Origin: an uncultured Gemmatimonadales bacterium
GTDB taxonomy: Bacteria; Gemmatimonadota; Gemmatimonadetes; Gemmatimonadales; GWC2-71-9
Length of the DNA: 64,000 nucleotides
Direction of reading: 5' to 3'
Assembly: GCA_963779755.1 (NCBI GenBank)
Contig: CAVZZO010000003.1
Span: forward strand, 1,152,001 to 1,216,000
Below, in pieces: positions 1-8,059 of the stretch (the first letter of the stretch is position 1; each line of letters begins with the position of its first letter). The position numbers and the translations under genes were made by a program. The notes under the pieces are model-generated. The model was not told where the DNA came from, ran no database searches, and was given only the letters and a program-made list of their open reading frames with translations.

Positions 1-963
1 GCCAGCGCGGCCCGCCCGGCGGCAGGATGGTCTCCTGCAACCAGCAGGTCGGAAAGCGTGGCCAGCCGCAGCCCCCCCAGCCGGGGATCGCCCGGGCCCG
101 TGCCGGGCGGCAGTAGCGCGGCGAACGCGACCAGTTCGCCACCACGGCGCACGGCGATGAGCTGCCACGGATCACTGCTGGTCTGCCGCTGCGGCGTAAC
201 GCCAGTCGAAGTACGCACCGTCCCGCACGGCAGCGGCGGCAAGCTTTCCGCGTGAGCGCTGCCACAACCGGTCCATGCCCTCGCTGGTGATAGTCTCGCC
301 GCTCGCGGCACGATACCCGGAAGCCCGCGTGCCCAGCGCCGACCACAGCCTGAACCCGAGCGACGATATGCCGCCGCCCAGCCGGGCCAGGCCGCTCCGC
401 TGGGCCAGGCGGAAGAGATGTGCCGCGCGGGGGGCGCGCTCCGCCATCCCCAGCGCCTCCAGATCCACCCGCGCGGCGACCCGTCCTGCCGCCAGCAATC
501 GCAGCCGGTTGGGCACGGCACCGAGGTCGTGAAAGCCCAGCGTGGTGAAGATCCGCCGGGCGGGCAGAGCCACGGCCATGGCCAGGGCACCGTCCAGGTG
601 ACGGAGTGCTTCCTTCACCACCAGAAAGCCGATGGGGCCGTTGCGGTGCTCCGGCAGGACCATCAGGCCCTTCATCCAGTGCATCGGCCGCTCTTCCCCG
701 GCCACACGAATCCTGGTGGGGATGGTGCTTACGTACCCTACAATCCGGTCGCCACTGAAGAAGAGAAACGACGGTGGCGGCGCCCCGCCCCCACCCGGGT
801 TATCCCGGGCTTCCGCGCGCCGCCCAACCAGCACCGACTCGGCGGTTGCTTCGGGGTCCCATACCTGCCGGAAGAATTCCGCCATCGCATCCGCGTGCGC
901 CTCCTCGGCCGGCACGACGCGGACGTCCGGCCGCGGCTTCCCGCCCGGGCGAGCCTCAGCCAC
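1..963 (-). CDS. GNAT-family N-acetyltransferase-like protein; one frameshift near 175-195, runs off the left window edge
   Basis: ORF 172..963 has GNAT-like 'WMKGLMVLPEHRNGPIGFLVV'. After the apparent stop, the adjacent frame continues plausibly (DPWQLIAVRRGGELVAFAALL...RLATLSDLLV) to base 1. Confidence 0.65.
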
Positions 964-2149
964 GCGCCCCTAGGCCGGGCAGGAGTGACTCAAGCCGGCG
1001 CATATCGCCCGTTCCGGCATGGGAATGCACCGGCAGGGTCACCAGCGAGGCGGCCAGCTCATGCGCACCCGGAAATGCAACATTACGGTTCAGAATCATC
1101 TCGCTCCACTGCTCCAGCTCCGCCAGGCTCTTCGGATACCCCGCCACCACACCCAGCGCTCTCAGCTCCCGGGCGATCGCGTCCCGCCGCTCCGCTTCCA
1201 CCAGCACCGGCAGCCGCAGCCACGACGGCTCGGCGCCTGCCGGCGGTGTCACCAGCCTCACACCATCCACCCGGCTCAGCGCCAGCCGCAGGCGCTCCGC
1301 ATTCTCCCGCCGCCTGGCGATCTCGGGCCCCAGCAAGCCCCAGGTGGCCCGCAGCATTCCCGCCGCCGAGCGGGGCAGCGGCCCCACGCCGTGCGGGGGC
1401 CGGTAGTGGGTCTCGCCCAGGCCGAGGAAGGGGAGCGCGGCGGGAATGCGCGTAGAGTGCCGGCCGGCCCAGCAGCCACTGCGCGCCGCTCTTCGCCAGC
1501 CCCACCCAGCCCGCCGCCGGCGTGGGGCGCAGGCCCTCATCTCCGGACGCGAACGAGCCGCGCGACAGCAGCGCGCCGCCTCCCCCGCCGGTCCAGCCCT
1601 TGCCCCGGCCGAAGCTCAGCACCGAGAGGTCGCCCAGGCTCGCCCGCCGGGCGGCCCCGCCAGGCCGCGCCCACCGCCTGGGCGGCGTCTTCGATGACGG
1701 CCGCTCCGTGCGCCCGCGCCATCTGCCCCACCCGGTCCATGTCCACGGGGATCCCGAAGAGATGGACCACCACGACCGCCGTCGCGCCGGCCTCCAGCGA
1801 GCGCTCGAGGGAGGGCCAGTCCGGACCCAGCGTTTCCGTATCCAGATCGTAGAGCAGCACGCGGGTGCCGGCGCCCAGCGCGGCGCTGGCAAGATCGTAG
1901 CAGGCGTAGGCGGGAAAGGCCACCGGCCGTTCCGGGCTGCGCCGCCGCGACGGCCTCCAGCGCCAGCCGCAGGGCCGAGGTGCCGGAATCGGTGAGCACG
2001 ACGCGGCCGGCCCCGAACTCGTCCCCGAGGAGCCGCTCCAGCGCGGCATGCGCCCCTCCCCCACCCCGCGCGGCCGTTCGCGCCCCCGCCGCGAGAGCGC
2101 CGAGAGAGAGGGGAGAATAGACGGGAGGGAGGTAGCGGAGCATGGACAT
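956..2149 (-). CDS. DegT/DnrJ/EryC1/StrS-family PLP-dependent sugar aminotransferase, broken by three frameshifts (~1935, ~1640, ~1450)
   Basis: Family motifs lie in successive frames: 'TDSGTSALRLAL', 'VVVHLFGIPVD...IEDAAQAVGA', 'SFGRGKG..GGGGG', 'LVTLPVH'. About 397 aa once joined. Confidence 0.8.
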
Positions 2150-2174
2150 TCAGGTAAACATGAACGGTTTCGGC

Positions 2175-2344
2175 CCCCTCGCTGCGCTCGGGGTGACAGC
2201 CTCTGCCTGCCTGTGGTTCCGGTCGCTGCGCTCCCTCAGGGTGACACGGGGCCTTTGGGGATTCGATTGTCACCCTGAGCGAAGCGAAGGGGGCGAAGTC
2301 CTCCCCGGATTTCGGTCCCTTCGGTGGCTGCGCTCAGGGTGACA
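2175..2344. repeat. REP/REPIN-like palindromic cluster (TGTCACCCTGAGCGAAGCGAAGG...CCTTCGCTGCGCTCAGGGTGACA family)
   Basis: Two half-sites at 2175-2245 and a full inverted pair at 2268-2344. The same motif occurs at 3477-3584, 12562-12642 and 26925-27005. Confidence 0.85.
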
Positions 2345-2358
2345 GCGGGTGCCGGGTT

Positions 2359-2398
2359 CCCCCTCTCCACGCAGTGGAGAGGGGGTCAGGGGGTGAGG
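2359..2398. repeat. Second REP-like hairpin family (CCCCCTCTCCAC-GCA-GTGGAGAGGGGG-TCAGGGGGTGAGG)
   Basis: 12-bp perfect stem followed by a GGGGGTGAGG tail, just downstream of the FemAB-like gene. May also act as a terminator. Confidence 0.6.
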
Positions 2399-2406
2399 TC
2401 CCGCCT

Positions 2407-3429
2407 TCACGGGATGAACCGCACCACCCGGGGCCCCAGGAAATTGGCCACTGGAAGGGGGACATGCCTCCAGATCCGGGGCCCCCAGCTCCAGGCCCCG
2501 TCGTCGGGCGAGGGAGTGTGCCCGGCACCGCCGCGGGCCTGCTGATACCAGTGGAGCGGCTCGTCGCGGGCGCCCCACTGCCGCTTGAAACGGTGGGTGC
2601 CGCTCCCGGGAGTGCAGCGGCCGAAGTTGAAGCGGGCGAGCCCCTGCGCCATGGCCCGCTCCATGAAGGCGAAATAGAGCAGCATGTTGGGCGCGATCCG
2701 GTTGTAGCGCTGCAGGGAGGAGGCCCAGGTCATCTCGAACTCACTGCCCCACTGGAAGCCGGCGCCACAGGCCACCGGCTCGTCGCCCAGCCAGGCGACG
2801 CCCACCCACATGCTATCGCCGAAGCGGTCCCGCGCGTGCTGGAAGAACTGCCGGGAGAGCACCGGGGTCCCCAGGTCGCGCATGTGGCGTGAAAACACCT
2901 GATAAAACGCATCCAGCTGGTCGGGCCCGAAGCGGACGGCGACGCCCTCCTTCTGCGGCCGCCGCACCTGGCTGCGCAGCTTGGCCGGGAAGCTCTTCAT
3001 CAGCGCGTCGGGGCCCTCGGGCAGGTCGAGCACCACGGTGATCTTCCGGTGCGACACGGTGAGCTCGAGCGGGAGGGATTGCCGGCTGCGCAGCTCCAGC
3101 AGGCCGGCACCGGAGGCCCGGGCCAGCCGCACGGCCTCAGCGGCCAGGGCGCGCACCGCCGCCTCGCTGCCCAGCGGGCCGCCGTAGTTGAGGAACGGCA
3201 TGGAGACGAGGTAATGGCCGAAGATGGCGCTCCGCACGCGCACCAGCGGCAGCACGCCGGCCAGCGCCCCGTTCTCCCGCACCGCCAGCCAGGGACACTC
3301 GTGACCCAGGGCCCGCTCCATCACGTCCTTCCAGCCGGCCAGATGGCAATGGGTCCAGCCCGGCTGCCGGCGGACGAAGTCGTCCCACTCGGCATCGGGT
3401 CCCTGCCACGGTGCTGGAGCCTGGGTCAT
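2407..3429 (-). CDS. FemAB-family (XrtA/PEP-CTERM system-associated) GNAT-fold protein
   Basis: 'LVSMPFLNYGG', 'KLRSQVRR', 'HMRDLGTPV', 'APNMLLY', 'FNFGR...GTHRFKRQWG'. Adjacent to an XrtA-type deacetylase. Confidence 0.88.
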   Translation of the reverse strand: MTQAPAPWQGPDAEWDDFVRRQPGWTHCHLAGWKDVMERALGHECPWLAVRENGALAGVLPLVRVRSAIFGHYLVSMPFLNYGGPLGSEAAVRALAAEAVRLARASGAGLLELRSRQSLPLELTVSHRKITVVLDLPEGPDALMKSFPAKLRSQVRRPQKEGVAVRFGPDQLDAFYQVFSRHMRDLGTPVLSRQFFQHARDRFGDSMWVGVAWLGDEPVACGAGFQWGSEFEMTWASSLQRYNRIAPNMLLYFAFMERAMAQGLARFNFGRCTPGSGTHRFKRQWGARDEPLHWYQQARGGAGHTPSPDDGAWSWGPRIWRHVPLPVANFLGPRVVRFIP

Positions 3430-3476
3430 GAAGTCGCGCGCAAGGGAAACGGGCCTGCCAGCAGCCAGCGGCAGAC

Positions 3477-3713
3477 TGTCGCCCTGAGCGAAGCGAAGGG
3501 GGCGAAGCTCCGGGGTTCACGCCGGTGGTCACGGCAGATCATAGCCACCAGGGTTTCGGTCCCTTCGCTGCGCTCAGGGTGACACGCCCCGTCGGACGCC
3601 TATGGATTCGGTCCCTTCGCTGCGCAGCAGGAGATCTCAAGCCACTGGTGCTCCGAATCTCCTGCGCAGCCCAGGGAGATTGCTTCGCCCGCCAGGGCGG
3701 GCTCGCAATGACA
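3477..3713. repeat. REPIN-like cluster (CCCTGAGCGAAGCGAAGG family plus a GATTGCTTCG...CTCGCAATGACA variant)
   Basis: Inverted pair 3477-3584, partial copy ~3612-3626, variant 3678-3713. Confidence 0.8.
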
Positions 3714-3728
3714 GCGTTTTGCTTTGCC

Positions 3729-3860
3729 CCGCTCACCGCTTACCGCTCACCGCTCACCGCTCACCGCTCACCGCTCACCGCTTACCGCTCACCGCTCACC
3801 GCTCACCGCTCACCGCTCACCGCTCACCGCTTACCGCTCACCGCTCACCGCTCACCGCTA
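3729..3860. repeat. Heptamer tandem array (CCGCTCA)x18 with occasional CCGCTTA
   Basis: Directly visible. The last partial unit contains the TAG stop of the deacetylase. Confidence 0.97.
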
Positions 3861-4748
3861 TGCAGGCAGCAGATCCGCCCAGGTACCATCCTTGTCCTCG
3901 CCGCCCAGGTTGGCCCCGAAGCGGCGGGCCACGGAGGTAAAGCGGAACTCGTCCAGCAGGCGCCGCAGCCGCGGCAGCGTGCGCCGCAGGCCGCGGTAAT
4001 GGCGGAACTTCGCCACCAGGGGCACCGAGAGCCGCGGCTGGTCCGGGTCCACTTCCCAGGGATGGATGTAGAACATGCCGGAGACGCCGGATTCGGTGTG
4101 CCAGCGGAAGGCGTGACTGAAGAACCCGTAGGGGAACTGCCGGAAGTAGCCGCCCCCGGCGGCCGGCAGGCGCAGGCTGGCCACGATGACCGTGGCCGGC
4201 GGCAACTCCAGCAGGGGGCCGGCAGGACGGTGCAGGAGGTGCGGTACCGGATCGGTGCCGGGGTAGCCGTAGCCCGACCGGCGGATGGGGAAGAGGCTGG
4301 AATCGTAGCGATAGCCCTCTTCCACCAGGATGTCGAGCGCCCACTCCCGGCCGGGGACGATGGAGAAGCTGGGCGCGCGGTAGCCGTAGACCCGCTGGCC
4401 GGTGAGGTCCTCGAGGAGCGCGCGGGAGCTGCGGACGTCCTCCCGGAATTCTCCCGGCGTCAGCTCGGTCACCCGCCGGTGCCAGAACCCGTGGGAGGCG
4501 ATCTCATGGCCGGCAGCGGCAATCCGCCGCACCACTTCCGGATGCCGCCGGGCAATCCAGCCCAGGGTGAAGAACGTCCCCAGGACTCCCCGGCGATGCA
4601 GGAGCTCGAGCAGCACGTCGATGTTCCGCTCCAACCTGGGCGGGTAGCTGTCCCAGGCGCCGCGGCTGATGGCCGGCTCGAACGCGTTGACCTGGAAATA
4701 GTCCTCCACGTCGACGGAGAAAAAATGCTCGACCAGCGGCTCATTCAT
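3858..4748 (-). CDS. XrtA/PEP-CTERM system polysaccharide deacetylase (DUF3473 C-terminus)
   Basis: 'SVDVEDYFQV', 'TFFTLGWIA', 'GHEIASHG', 'GYRAPSFSI', 'GGGYFR', 'FYIHPWEVDPDQPR'. Confidence 0.93.
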   Translation of the reverse strand: MNEPLVEHFFSVDVEDYFQVNAFEPAISRGAWDSYPPRLERNIDVLLELLHRRGVLGTFFTLGWIARRHPEVVRRIAAAGHEIASHGFWHRRVTELTPGEFREDVRSSRALLEDLTGQRVYGYRAPSFSIVPGREWALDILVEEGYRYDSSLFPIRRSGYGYPGTDPVPHLLHRPAGPLLELPPATVIVASLRLPAAGGGYFRQFPYGFFSHAFRWHTESGVSGMFYIHPWEVDPDQPRLSVPLVAKFRHYRGLRRTLPRLRRLLDEFRFTSVARRFGANLGGEDKDGTWADLLPA

Positions 4749-4867
4749 GGGGGGTCTGCACTCCGGTTGGCTCGTGGCTGCATGGTATCACGACGCCGGA
4801 GAAAATTCCATGCCGGGGGAAGGCGCCCGGAGTCAACCGCCGTCACCGGCGGTTCCGGTCGCGACAA

Positions 4868-4897
4868 ACCCCGGGGGGCGGGTTCGCCCCCCGGGGT
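4868..4897 (-). terminator. Probable intrinsic terminator after the PEP-CTERM gene
   Basis: 13-bp perfect stem ACCCCGGGGGGCG-GGTT-CGCCCCCCGGGGT about 27 bp after the stop. The U-tract is short. Confidence 0.6.
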
Positions 4898-4923
4898 CGC
4901 GCACCAGCGAGCCGGCGTTCAGC

Positions 4924-5689
4924 TCAGGAAACGATATTCCGATTCTTGCGGCGGCGGATGAATCCCATGCCACCCATACTGGCGAGGCCGGTAGCCAGCA
5001 GCGCCATGGTGACAGGCTCAGGGTGGGGTCACCGTCACGCAGTTGGCCGGACGGCCACCGGGGGAGACGCCGGTCCAGCACTCGTTGGAGGTGAGCGTGG
5101 CGCCATCACGAATCCGCATGCTGATCTCGCTGCTGTTCGGATCCCAGCCCGCCTGGTTCACCTGGAAGTTGAACACCACCCAGTTGGCGGAATTGGTGAA
5201 ATCCGTATTGCAGGGATTCATGTACAGATTGGGGGGCGAGCCCGGCAGCTCCGCGGCCGTGGCGCACCCGCTGGCGATCCCGTTCCCCAGAGCGGTGGTG
5301 GACCCGCTCACTCTGTAGTCCACCGAGAAGACGTTCATGCCGCCGTTGTTCAGCAGCCAGGTTCCCGGGGTGTCGCCGGGGCGGGCGGGGCCCGTCATGC
5401 TGAGGGACCCGGTCACCGCCTGCAACCCGCTGGGCACGTTGTAGAATCCGATACCGTTGATAATGGAGCCCGCCACGGACGCCGTCCCGTAGGTGCCGGG
5501 AAGGTTGCCCGAGAGGTTCCACACCCGCATCTGGACGTTGGTGCCAGTGACGGTGATCTCGACGGCGGCGCAGGTCGAGAAAGTATCGCCGCCGCAGACC
5601 CGATACGACCGGAAGCCGTTGGCCCACGCCGGTGTCGCCGCGAACGCGAGGAGACCCGCCAGCACCACCAGAACCGAAGTTGTCCGCAT
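4924..5689 (-). CDS. PEP-CTERM sorting-signal surface protein (frameshift at ~5020 just before the sorting signal)
   Basis: Signal peptide MRTTSVLVVLAGLLAFAATPAWA and a Thr/Gly/Asn/Cys-rich body. The shifted frame gives PEPVTMALLATGLASMGGMGFIRRRKNRNIVS* (PEP motif, TM helix, basic tail). Confidence 0.88.
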
Positions 5690-5708
5690 ATCGTCCCTCT
5701 CAGGTAAG

Positions 5709-6212
5709 TTATTGCGAACTGGCACGCCAGCTCAGCACCGCCAGCCACACCAGCACAACCGGATACGCCACCAGCTGAATACTCGTCCTGATGATCGCCG
5801 TCCGCAGCCCGGCCTTGAGCGTCGCATTGGCGGCCGTCGCCATCGCCTGACCGACGGTCGGGAAATACAGTACCGCTTCCGCCAACGTCAGGACCGCCAC
5901 CACCAGAACCACCACCGCCACCCCGCGAGTCCACCCACGGGACCCTCTCGCCACCCCCGAGCCCATCATCAACGCCAGCCCCAGGACCAGCAGGGGGTAG
6001 CTGTTCAACGATGCCGTGACAGTGCCGAAGCGCCACTCCGCCAGCCCGAAATTCGTCGGGTACCAGCTCAACAGGATGTCGGCACCTGCCACCAGCAGAA
6101 AGATCAGACCGAGCCCGCCCAGGATGTACCAAGCCGATGCGGGGAGGGGGATCGCGCTGCGGCTGCGCTCCCGGCGGCTATCCTCCCGAACCAGGACTCT
6201 CGGCGCGGTCAT
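5709..6212 (-). CDS. 4-TM membrane protein, HpsJ-like; paralog of 6434..6907
   Basis: Four hydrophobic helices, 'YPTNFGLAEWRFGT...SYPLLVLGL' and 'QLVAYPV'. GGAGG RBS before ATG 6212. Confidence 0.7.
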   Translation of the reverse strand: MTAPRVLVREDSRRERSRSAIPLPASAWYILGGLGLIFLLVAGADILLSWYPTNFGLAEWRFGTVTASLNSYPLLVLGLALMMGSGVARGSRGWTRGVAVVVLVVAVLTLAEAVLYFPTVGQAMATAANATLKAGLRTAIIRTSIQLVAYPVVLVWLAVLSWRASSQ

Positions 6213-6250
6213 GACGCCACCTCCGAAAGCCCAAACCTCATTATCATCAT

Positions 6251-6267
6251 TGCACTTACCGGGCCAA
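6251..6267 (-). promoter_or_regulatory. Sigma54 (-24/-12) promoter
   Basis: Minus strand TTGGCCCG-GTAA-GTGCA has exact GG-N10-GC spacing, ~39 bp upstream of ATG 6212, in an AT-richer intergenic gap. Confidence 0.75.
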
Positions 6268-6292
6268 GGTTGTGTCCTGCGGCACCTTTTTA

Positions 6293-6336
6293 TAACCACC
6301 TGATAGTCAAAAACTTAGACGCCAAGAACTGCGACA
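6293..6336 (-). promoter_or_regulatory. IHF-like site (6293-6305) and putative enhancer-binding-protein sites (6306-6336)
   Basis: Minus strand TATCAGGTGGTTA matches WATCARNNNNTTR. Upstream is an imperfect palindrome GTC-N9-GAC and a second degenerate copy ending GACA. Confidence 0.55.
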
Positions 6337-6433
6337 GTTGAACCCCCGGTCAGCCCGTCTGTTGTGGCAAAAGCGCAGCATCTCGTGGTTGACCGCGGCG
6401 ACTCATATCACACCGGATTTCCCGGTCGGTTTA

Positions 6434-6907
6434 TCAGGATTTCTTCCGGGGATCGGGCCGGAGGCCGCTGATGGCCAGCCAGATACAGCCCACCGGATAA
6501 ACCGCCGTCTGCACCGCGGCCTTCGAGACGGCCTTCTTGATGCCGGTTGCAAAGGGAGTCCCGGGCGCGGTTCTCAGGGCATCGGGAACATTCGTTGCGT
6601 AGAGAAACGCGCCCGCCATCATCACCAGAACCAGTAGCAGCAGCAGCAACCCCGCAATCCGGGCGGCGCCCAGCCGGCCCGTCCCCCAGGCCGCGGCGAT
6701 GGCAAACCCCAGGCCCATCACCAGCAGCGGCAGGTTGTCCATCATGGCGCTGTAGGTACCGAACTCCCACTCCCCGCTCCCCAGGCGCAGGGGAAACAGA
6801 ATGGACCACAACTGCGCCATGCCGATCACCGTGAACAACAGCCCCACAATGGCCAGGGCGCGCCAGATGACGGGCTCGGCGGGGAAGCTGGTCTGGGGCT
6901 CGGGCAT
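6434..6907 (-). CDS. 4-TM membrane protein, HpsJ-like; paralog of 5709..6212
   Basis: 'LFPLRLGSGEWEFGT...NLPLLVMGLG' and 'QTAVYPV..IWLA' align with the neighbouring gene. Confidence 0.7.
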   Translation of the reverse strand: MPEPQTSFPAEPVIWRALAIVGLLFTVIGMAQLWSILFPLRLGSGEWEFGTYSAMMDNLPLLVMGLGFAIAAAWGTGRLGAARIAGLLLLLLVLVMMAGAFLYATNVPDALRTAPGTPFATGIKKAVSKAAVQTAVYPVGCIWLAISGLRPDPRKKS

Positions 6908-7066
6908 GGCGGCGATCGGAATGAGGTGAACCTGTCGGCGACCGGCCGACCGGCGGATGCTGGATGCTCCGGCGGAACCTCGCCAACCTCCAGCAGCGCG
7001 GCCGGCCGGGCGCTGGTACCCGGTAGCCAAACCTACTTCCCGCCGAGCTACACAGCTACCCCCGCC

Positions 7067-8059
7067 TTACTGTACCGAGAGGTCCTGCGTGCTCCTGGGC
7101 TTGAGCACCCAGGTTCCGTTGCCTCGGGGCACCAGAATGCCCGTGGCCGTCAGCACCTTGCCCGGTATGTAACTGGAGGTCGCGGTGGTGACCCGGGGGT
7201 CGAGAATCACGTCCAGGCTGCCGGTTCCGTCGTCCGCCGTTATCCGGAAATCAGGCGTGATGGTCGCCGTGTCGCTGATGACCGCGGCGGAGACGGTAAC
7301 CAGCTGGGCGTCCAGGCTCCCGCCGGCGGCGCTGGACGCCTCCAGCGTGGTGACCAGGCGCGGCGCCGGGGCCCCGCCCTGAATCGAGTAGGCGTAGATC
7401 CTGGCCTGGTCCAGCACCGGCTGGCCATCCCGCACCGCGGTGGTGCCGACGACGTGCACGCTGTCTCCGGGCATGACCGGGAAATTCACCGAGACGGCGC
7501 CGGTAAGCCGCAGACCGGCGGAGTCGGACCCCAGGTAGGCGGTCGTGTCCGAGAAGGTCGTGGGGCCGGCCAGGATGATCCCGCTCACCTGCACCAGTGT
7601 GCCCGCCTGCAGTTGCCGGGCCTCCGCTACCGTGGCCGTGGGGTAGCCCAGGCGCACCAGCCCGAGCTGCGCCGGTCCCCCCGCCCTGAGCTGGAGGACC
7701 GGCCCGGTATCCTGCACCCGGATGCTGTCGGCCACCGTGGCGCTGTCGACCACCAGGCGATAATCCCCCGCAGGCACGCCGCTCAACTGGATAATGCCCT
7801 GGCTGTCGGAGGTACCGGTCGCCACCGTATCAGAGGTGCCGGAGACGAGCAGGCCGACCCGGACGCCGGAAACCACGGTATCGAGGGTGCTGCTGGCGCC
7901 CGAGCCGTCACGATCGAGAAAGACCAGCACCTGAACGGTTCCGGTTCCCCTGGGCCCGAAGCCCAGGTCTTCCCCGGCATTGCTGCAGCCGGCAATGGCG
8001 GCCCCCAGGGCGCAGAGTCCGAGGGCGCGGCGGAGCGGGAGTCGCAACATGGTCATCAT
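7067..8059 (-). CDS. Lipoprotein with carboxypeptidase-regulatory/SdrD-B-like domain and probable OB-fold repeats
   Basis: Lipobox 'AIAGC', 'VFLDRDGSG', 'TSDSQG..QLSGVPAGDYRL', and OB-like 'DDGTGSLDV'. Start overlaps the receptor stop codon. Confidence 0.75.
   Translation of the reverse strand: MMTMLRLPLRRALGLCALGAAIAGCSNAGEDLGFGPRGTGTVQVLVFLDRDGSGASSTLDTVVSGVRVGLLVSGTSDTVATGTSDSQGIIQLSGVPAGDYRLVVDSATVADSIRVQDTGPVLQLRAGGPAQLGLVRLGYPTATVAEARQLQAGTLVQVSGIILAGPTTFSDTTAYLGSDSAGLRLTGAVSVNFPVMPGDSVHVVGTTAVRDGQPVLDQARIYAYSIQGGAPAPRLVTTLEASSAAGGSLDAQLVTVSAAVISDTATITPDFRITADDGTGSLDVILDPRVTTATSSYIPGKVLTATGILVPRGNGTWVLKPRSTQDLSVQ

Noticed and set aside
4800..4815. Sigma54-like motif upstream of the deacetylase (CGGCATGGAATTTTCT)
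   Set aside because: The -12 dinucleotide is TC rather than GC, so it is not supportable without TSS data.
6365..6380. Plus-strand sigma54-like motif TGGCAAAAGCGCAGCA
   Set aside because: Spacing is correct but the -12 context is weak and it points antisense into a minus-strand gene.
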